From assembly GCA_043816785.1 (NCBI GenBank), contig JBDRHP010000041.1, positions 1 through 10,706 on the forward strand: a stretch of 10,706 nt of DNA. The letters are read 5' to 3'. The stretch's first letter is position 1; every line of letters begins with the position of its first letter. The notes beneath the pieces were generated by a model. It saw only the letters and a list, made by a program, of their open reading frames with translations. It was not told the DNA's origin and did no database searches. Source of the DNA: Candidatus Margulisiibacteriota bacterium. GTDB taxonomy: Bacteria; Margulisbacteria; WOR-1; O2-12-FULL-45-9. Position numbers and translations under genes: made by a program. Positions 6,484 to 10,706 of the stretch are shown piece by piece.

Positions 6484-7734
6484 CTAACTTGAAGGATCTC
6501 TCTTATAGGTCAAAGGCGTTTGGAACGCCCCACTGGCCTCAGAAGATGTAGTAAAAAACTCAATCTTAACTTCATCATCCCATTTATCACTGCTGTCATT
6601 TTCCACAAACGCAAATTTCATATAGCGGCTGTTAGTCATATCTTTATAGATCTGATAAACCCCCGCATCTGCGTTCCCGGAAACTAAAAAGACGCTCCAA
6701 GTCGTATGAGATGTTAAAAACGAATATTTCGCAGGGATGGTGCCCGAGGAATAACCAAAAAATCCTTCAAGGCCAGAAGGGATTGCCACCTCTTGAGTCG
6801 TGTTTCTTGGATCATACAAAAAAGTCTCAGCATTGGTCTCTTCCGGATGCTTTAAAAAAGCAATAATGCCCAGAAAATATAAATAGTAGTCATCTGTAGC
6901 CGTTAGATCACCGGATTTATAATACCAGACCCCCCAAGGACTGTTCACAATATTAATATCCAAAGGGCTGTCCAGTTTTGATTCAGGCGACCGCCCTAGC
7001 ACAGCCAGGCGGTTATAAAGCGCGGCATAGCGGGTGGTTATATCTGACTGCACAGCATCACTAAAATAAGGTAATGGGTAGCTCCAGCGATTCATATGAT
7101 AAGAAGGATCCCCTGCTACTCCCTGATTCACGCGGGAATCTGTAACCTGAAAATCCATAGTGCCGGTTGAGCCGCTGCTATTGTAATTTGTTGGAAGAAT
7201 ATAACCAACATGAGTTCCTGCTGGCAGGATCACATATCCGTCTTCACTGCTATCCACAGCTGCCTTTAGGGAAACCAATAGTTCTATATGATCAAAATTA
7301 ATCCAAACATATTGATTGACTTGAAAGTTAACATCAAGATCAACATAGACACTGTTGCCTTCATAAGTTACAGTGGTTTCAGCTGTCGCATCTGACAGGC
7401 CGATCTTGTTAGAAAACAATATTGCCTGGATCGGCAGATAAACTTCCATGGCCCGGTCATTGGAACGCATATACCATTTACCATAACCTTCAGGATGGGC
7501 CCCGCTAACATGCCGCGAAAACGGGCTGATAAACATTGTGCCTGAAGTCAGGTTTAGCAAAGCGCTGGCATAATAAGCAGGGTCATCATCATAAAACAGC
7601 CGGGCCAGATCAACCGGGAAGCGGGTAAATTTGTCATCAACACTTACCCCGGCAAAATACGGCAGCTGCATCCTGCCGCAGGACACTACTAGAAACATCA
7701 GACCAAATATAATCAATAAGTTTGTTCTTCTCAT
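6484..7734 (-). CDS. Hypothetical lipoprotein, possibly with a degenerate M23-peptidase-like fold
   Basis: From ATG 7734: MRRTNLLIIFGLMFLVVS-C lipobox, with an ATGA overlap with the upstream stop. The fold guess rests on FDHI...PAGTHVGYI...MDFQV...PLPYF spacing only. Confidence 0.7.
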   Translation of the reverse strand: MRRTNLLIIFGLMFLVVSCGRMQLPYFAGVSVDDKFTRFPVDLARLFYDDDPAYYASALLNLTSGTMFISPFSRHVSGAHPEGYGKWYMRSNDRAMEVYLPIQAILFSNKIGLSDATAETTVTYEGNSVYVDLDVNFQVNQYVWINFDHIELLVSLKAAVDSSEDGYVILPAGTHVGYILPTNYNSSGSTGTMDFQVTDSRVNQGVAGDPSYHMNRWSYPLPYFSDAVQSDITTRYAALYNRLAVLGRSPESKLDSPLDINIVNSPWGVWYYKSGDLTATDDYYLYFLGIIAFLKHPEETNAETFLYDPRNTTQEVAIPSGLEGFFGYSSGTIPAKYSFLTSHTTWSVFLVSGNADAGVYQIYKDMTNSRYMKFAFVENDSSDKWDDEVKIEFFTTSSEASGAFQTPLTYKRDPSS

Positions 7735-8255
7735 ATCCTTAACTTGTACCCGATAATCCAATACAACTCATTTAGACTGCCTTCCCCACTAACAAACCAG
7801 AGCAGCCCACGCATTCCTAAAACAACTTTGCGAAAATCCAGGTGAAACTCATATTCCACAGTCCCGGCGGAATTGCCATAATAACTGGTTAAAAAAGATG
7901 ATGAATATGCTAATTCTCCAAACTTGCTGCCTGCGATCGCCCCGATCCCCAAGGTAATTGGCAGTGTATTATTGGTCTTTTGGCCATTGATCCCCACCAG
8001 CCAGGTCAGCCAATCATTAGCTTTCTCTTTTTTATTTACGCCAAAGAGGTAAAGGTCGGAAATACTGTGGTTCGCAAGATACGCTTCAACCTCATCCTTT
8101 TCATAAGAAAATTCCCAGGTTTGGTTTTTAAATTTATATCCCGGCAAAACCAGGAAGGAAACGCTGCGAATTTGTTTGCCAAACTCCAGGCTGCGATAAG
8201 CAAAGCAAGGGAAAGAAAGTAACAAAATTAATAACAAAACAACTACGAATCTCAT
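7731..8255 (-). CDS. Hypothetical secreted protein, beta-strand rich (possible small outer-membrane beta-barrel)
   Basis: Signal peptide MRFVVVLLLILLLSFPCFA from ATG 8255. Alternating hydrophobic/aromatic strands (VEYEFHLDF, YWIIGYKLRI). Confidence 0.65.
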   Translation of the reverse strand: MRFVVVLLLILLLSFPCFAYRSLEFGKQIRSVSFLVLPGYKFKNQTWEFSYEKDEVEAYLANHSISDLYLFGVNKKEKANDWLTWLVGINGQKTNNTLPITLGIGAIAGSKFGELAYSSSFLTSYYGNSAGTVEYEFHLDFRKVVLGMRGLLWFVSGEGSLNELYWIIGYKLRI

Positions 8256-8266
8256 AATTTGCTCAT

Positions 8267-8275
8267 ATTTTAGCA
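8267..8275 (-). promoter_or_regulatory. Extended -10 TGCTAAAAT for the secreted protein/lipoprotein pair
   Basis: TGn-TAAAAT ending 11 nt before ATG 8255, with no Shine-Dalgarno in between. Confidence 0.5.
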
Positions 8276-8285
8276 TATAATTTCC

Positions 8286-8338
8286 CTTTGTGCCCCTGCC
8301 TGTCGGCAGGCAGGCTTCGTGTCTTAGTGCCTTAGTGG
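8286..8338 (+). repeat. 8-9-bp tandem repeat (CTTNGTGN x4) interrupted by a 20-nt palindrome
   Basis: CTTTGTGCC [CCTGCCTGTCGGCAGGCAGG, 8295-8314] CTTCGTGT CTTAGTGC CTTAGTGG. Confidence 0.8.
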
Positions 8339-8344
8339 TATAAT
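8336..8344 (+). promoter_or_regulatory. Extended -10 TGGTATAAT for larB
   Basis: Perfect TGnTATAAT ending 9 nt before the larB ATG, with no SD. Confidence 0.65.
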
Positions 8345-8353
8345 TAATCTTAT

Positions 8354-9034
8354 ATGAATAAGCATTATGAAGACCTTGGCTTTGCTAAGGTTGACCATCA
8401 CAGAATGAAACGCAAAGGTTTCCCAGAAGTAATCTATTGCCAGGGTAAGACCCCCGCTCAAATCGCTAAGATCGCCAAGAGCATCGTAAAAAACAAACAC
8501 GATGTTTTAGCCACTCGAGCGGATAAGAAAGCCTACCAAGCAATCAAGAAAGTTCTGAAGAAAGCAAAGTATTATGAGGTGGCTAGAATTGTAACTGTCC
8601 AAAAGGAGCCGAGACGTTTAGTCTCAGGCTCCTTAGCAAGTATTATCACAGCAGGAACAGCCGACCTCCCAGTATCTGAAGAAGCTGCCGTCACCGCAGA
8701 ATTTCTTGGCTTAAAAGTTGAACGGATCCATGATGTTGGTGTTTCTGGAATTCACCGGCTCTTAAAGAATCTTAAGAAAATCAAAAAAGCAAAAGTTTTA
8801 ATTGTAGTTGCGGGCATGGAAGGCGCCCTGCCCTCAGTTGTAGGTGGTCTGGTTGATCAACCGATCATTGCTGTGCCAACCAGCATTGGTTACGGAGCAA
8901 ACTTTAAAGGTTTATCCGCTTTACTTACAATGATGAACAGCTGCGCGCCAGGAGTAGCAGTGGTCAATATTGATAATGGTTTTGGTGCCGCTGTGATGGC
9001 TTACTATATAATAAAATGTAGCGGCGAGCTTTAG
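8354..9034 (+). CDS. larB: Nickel-pincer cofactor biosynthesis protein LarB (PurE-like)
   Basis: AKVDHHR..RKGFPEVIYCQGKT, TAGTADLPVSEEA, DVGVSGIHRL, VAGMEGALPSVVGGL, PTSIGYGA, NSCAPGVAVVNIDNGFGA. Confidence 0.95.
   Translation: MNKHYEDLGFAKVDHHRMKRKGFPEVIYCQGKTPAQIAKIAKSIVKNKHDVLATRADKKAYQAIKKVLKKAKYYEVARIVTVQKEPRRLVSGSLASIITAGTADLPVSEEAAVTAEFLGLKVERIHDVGVSGIHRLLKNLKKIKKAKVLIVVAGMEGALPSVVGGLVDQPIIAVPTSIGYGANFKGLSALLTMMNSCAPGVAVVNIDNGFGAAVMAYYIIKCSGEL
8603..8634. repeat. Hairpin inside larB coding sequence
   Basis: AAGGAGCC-GAGAC / GTTTA / GTCTC-A-GGCTCCTT: 13-bp stem with a one-base bulge. Confidence 0.65.
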
Positions 9035-9071
9035 CTCGCCGAAATATGGCAGTCTAAAGATTGCCGCTACA
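9017..9071. repeat. Inverted pair of GTAG-type REP sequences (REPIN-like)
   Basis: TGTAGCGGCGAGCTTTAGCTCGCCG on plus and TGTAGCGGCAATCTTTAGACTGCC on minus, separated by AAATAT. Contains the larB stop codon. Confidence 0.8.
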
Positions 9072-9088
9072 ATTTCTTGGAGAACAAA

Positions 9089-10246
9089 ATGAAAACTGCC
9101 TACTTTGACTGCTCTTCTGGCATTGCTGGCGATATGGTTCTGGGCGCTCTGGTTGATGCTGGGTTAGATCAAACCTTCCTTAATAAGGAACTCAAGAAAT
9201 TAGAAATTAGAGATTGGAAATTAGATATTAAGAAAATAAAGCGAAGCCAACTCCGCGGGACACATCTTGAAGTTAAAACTAAACCAGAACACCACCACCG
9301 CCATCTTAAAGACATCCTCAAGATCATCAGAAAGAGCAAACTCAGCAAAGATGTTAAGCAATTAAGTTCGCGCATCTTCAAAAAATTGGCCCAGGCTGAG
9401 GCTAAGGTCCATGGCACATCAATTGATAAAGTCCACTTCCATGAAGTTGGCGCGGTTGACGCGATCATTGATATTGTTGGCTCATGTATTGGCTTGGAAA
9501 AGCTTGGAATCCAGCAAGTCTTTTGCTCCCCTCTGCCAACTGGCAAAGGAAAGATTAAATGCGCCCACGGTACGCTACCGATCCCCACCCCCGCTACCAT
9601 TGAATTACTTAAAGGGGTGCCGATTTATAGCGGAGGCGTTAACGGAGAACTAGTAACTCCAACCGGCGCAGCAATCATCACCTCGATCGCCAGCAGCTTC
9701 GGGGACATTCCCAGGCTGAGGCTGGAGGCAGAAGGCAGAGGCGCAGGAACTAGGCTCTACCCCCAAATCCCTAACTTTCTCAGGGTCTACCTCGGCCAAT
9801 CCCTTGTCCCATCAGAGAAAGACGCAATTGTCCAGATCGAAGCAAACATTGATGACATGGATCCAAAGAGCTATGACAAGGTCATTGCCAGCCTGATGAA
9901 GGCCGGCGCTTTGGACGCCTACACGATTCCGGTGCTGATGAAGAAGCACAGACAGGGGGTCCAGCTGGTGGTCCTCTGCACCCCGGACAATCGGCACCCA
10001 ATCGTCACCCGCGTATTTGAGCTAACCACCACCTTCGGCGTTAGAGTCTATTTGGTGCCCAGAGAAAAGCTTGCCCGGAAGTTTAAAACAGTTAAAACAA
10101 AGTATGGCAAAGCCAAGGTCAAAGTCGGCCAGCTGGGTCAAAAGACCGTGACCATTGCTCCAGAATATGAGGATTATAAACGCCTGGCAAGGAAACATCG
10201 TATTCCGATTCAGAAAGCCTATAAGGAAACGCTTCGAAGCTTATAA
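9089..10246 (+). CDS. larC: Nickel insertase LarC
   Basis: YFDCSSGIAGDMVLGALVD, AEAKVHG...VHFHEVGAVDAIIDIVG, CAHGTLPIPTPAT, ELVTPTGAAI, EANIDDM, MKK.R.G, TTFGVR, PEYED. ATG 9089 with RBS GGAG at 9079-9082. Confidence 0.95.
   Translation: MKTAYFDCSSGIAGDMVLGALVDAGLDQTFLNKELKKLEIRDWKLDIKKIKRSQLRGTHLEVKTKPEHHHRHLKDILKIIRKSKLSKDVKQLSSRIFKKLAQAEAKVHGTSIDKVHFHEVGAVDAIIDIVGSCIGLEKLGIQQVFCSPLPTGKGKIKCAHGTLPIPTPATIELLKGVPIYSGGVNGELVTPTGAAIITSIASSFGDIPRLRLEAEGRGAGTRLYPQIPNFLRVYLGQSLVPSEKDAIVQIEANIDDMDPKSYDKVIASLMKAGALDAYTIPVLMKKHRQGVQLVVLCTPDNRHPIVTRVFELTTTFGVRVYLVPREKLARKFKTVKTKYGKAKVKVGQLGQKTVTIAPEYEDYKRLARKHRIPIQKAYKETLRSL
9196..9230 (+). repeat. Heptamer tandem repeat (GAAATTA-like x5) within larC
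   Basis: GAAATTA GAAATTA GAGATTG GAAATTA GATATTA, encoding KLEIRDWKLDI. Confidence 0.75.
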
Positions 10247-10312
10247 CCCTCACCCTAATTTATTCTTAGTGATCATTCATGCTTTTTGGTCCCTCTCCCA
10301 AAGGGAAAGGGA
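10247..10312 (-). repeat. BoxC-like repeat, long form with 32-nt insert (copy B)
   Basis: Minus strand: TCCCTTTCCC-TTT-GGGAGAGGGA (10312-10290), insert 10289-10258, TAGGGTGAGGG (10257-10247). Confidence 0.75.
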
Positions 10313-10339
10313 AGAATTTTTTCTTAAATAAATAACTAA

Positions 10340-10407
10340 CCCCTCTCCCCCTGGGAGAGGGGCATTAAAGATAAAAGTAGACATAAAAGTTAAAATCGGG
10401 GTGAGGG
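10340..10407 (+). repeat. BoxC-like repeat, long form with 34-nt insert (copy C)
   Basis: CCCCTCTCCC-CCT-GGGAGAGGGG (10340-10362), insert 10363-10396, CGGGGTGAGGG (10397-10407). Confidence 0.8.
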
Positions 10408-10409
10408 CA

Positions 10410-10418
10410 TGATATAAT
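10410..10418 (+). promoter_or_regulatory. Extended -10 TGATATAAT for tatD (leaderless geometry)
   Basis: Perfect TGnTATAAT ending 7 nt before ATG 10426. Confidence 0.65.
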
Positions 10419-10425
10419 CCAATTC

Positions 10426-10706
10426 ATGTTCATTGACACACACGCACATTTAACTTTCCCGGAATACAAGATCGACTTGCCGGAGGTTATCAAAAGGGCC
10501 AAGGATGCAAATCTTGAAGCGATCATCAATATTGCTTTAGATGATGAAGCCTTAACCAATTCCCTAGAGATCGCTAAAGAATATCACCACTATGTTTTCA
10601 ATGCTTTTGGCCTTCACCCGCATGACGCATCAGAATGGAAAGATGACTTGCCTGACAAGATCAGGCAACTGGCCCAAGAAAAAAAGATCATTGCCATTGG
10701 CGAAAC
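10426..10706 (+). CDS. tatD: TatD family hydrolase/DNase (partial, runs off the right edge)
   Basis: Not in the ORF track. Reads MFIDTHAHL...FGLHPHDA...KIIAIGE, the TatD DxHxH, GxHP and AIGE motifs. Confidence 0.92.
   Translation, partial: MFIDTHAHLTFPEYKIDLPEVIKRAKDANLEAIINIALDDEALTNSLEIAKEYHHYVFNAFGLHPHDASEWKDDLPDKIRQLAQEKKIIAIGE

Noticed and set aside
5269..8285. Discrete integrated island (TA pair plus orphan genes) with att sites
   Set aside because: No integrase, tRNA or matching flanking direct repeats could be seen. Accessory origin is plausible but boundaries cannot be supported.
9077..10246. Programmed frameshift or split larC1/larC2 as in some lactobacilli
   Set aside because: The N- and C-terminal LarC motifs lie in one uninterrupted frame.
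10247..10407. CRISPR array (conserved blocks separated by 27-34 nt variable segments)
   Set aside because: The units are inverted rather than tandem direct repeats, the two sides of each insert are different motifs, and no cas genes are in the window.
7980..10559. ORFs 7980-8222, 9169-9600, 9411-9653, 9812-9997 and 10365-10559
   Set aside because: Shadows of the secreted protein gene, larC and tatD.

Overview
Bacterial chromosomal window. Left to right: the 5' end and terminus of a probable IS1182-family element (running off the left edge), a compact nucleoside-phosphorylase-like gene, a MATE transporter, a secreted alpha/beta-hydrolase, a DUF4342-like protein, rarA, an HTH-MNT/HEPN toxin-antitoxin pair with a clear promoter/operator, an orphan secreted protein plus lipoprotein pair, larB, larC and the start of tatD. 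The genes are mostly ordinary. What stands out is the density of small repeats from several unrelated families, which occur between genes, nested in each other and in frame inside conserved genes. The best candidate for something undescribed is a BoxC-like element (CCCCTCTCCC/GGGAGAGGGG hairpin ... GGGGTGAGG). Three copies carry different A-rich inserts of near-fixed length (34, 34 and 32 nt). A fourth, insert-less copy is cut in its hairpin loop by the IS. Several genes also look leaderless or nearly so. All family assignments come from motif recognition, not from database searches.
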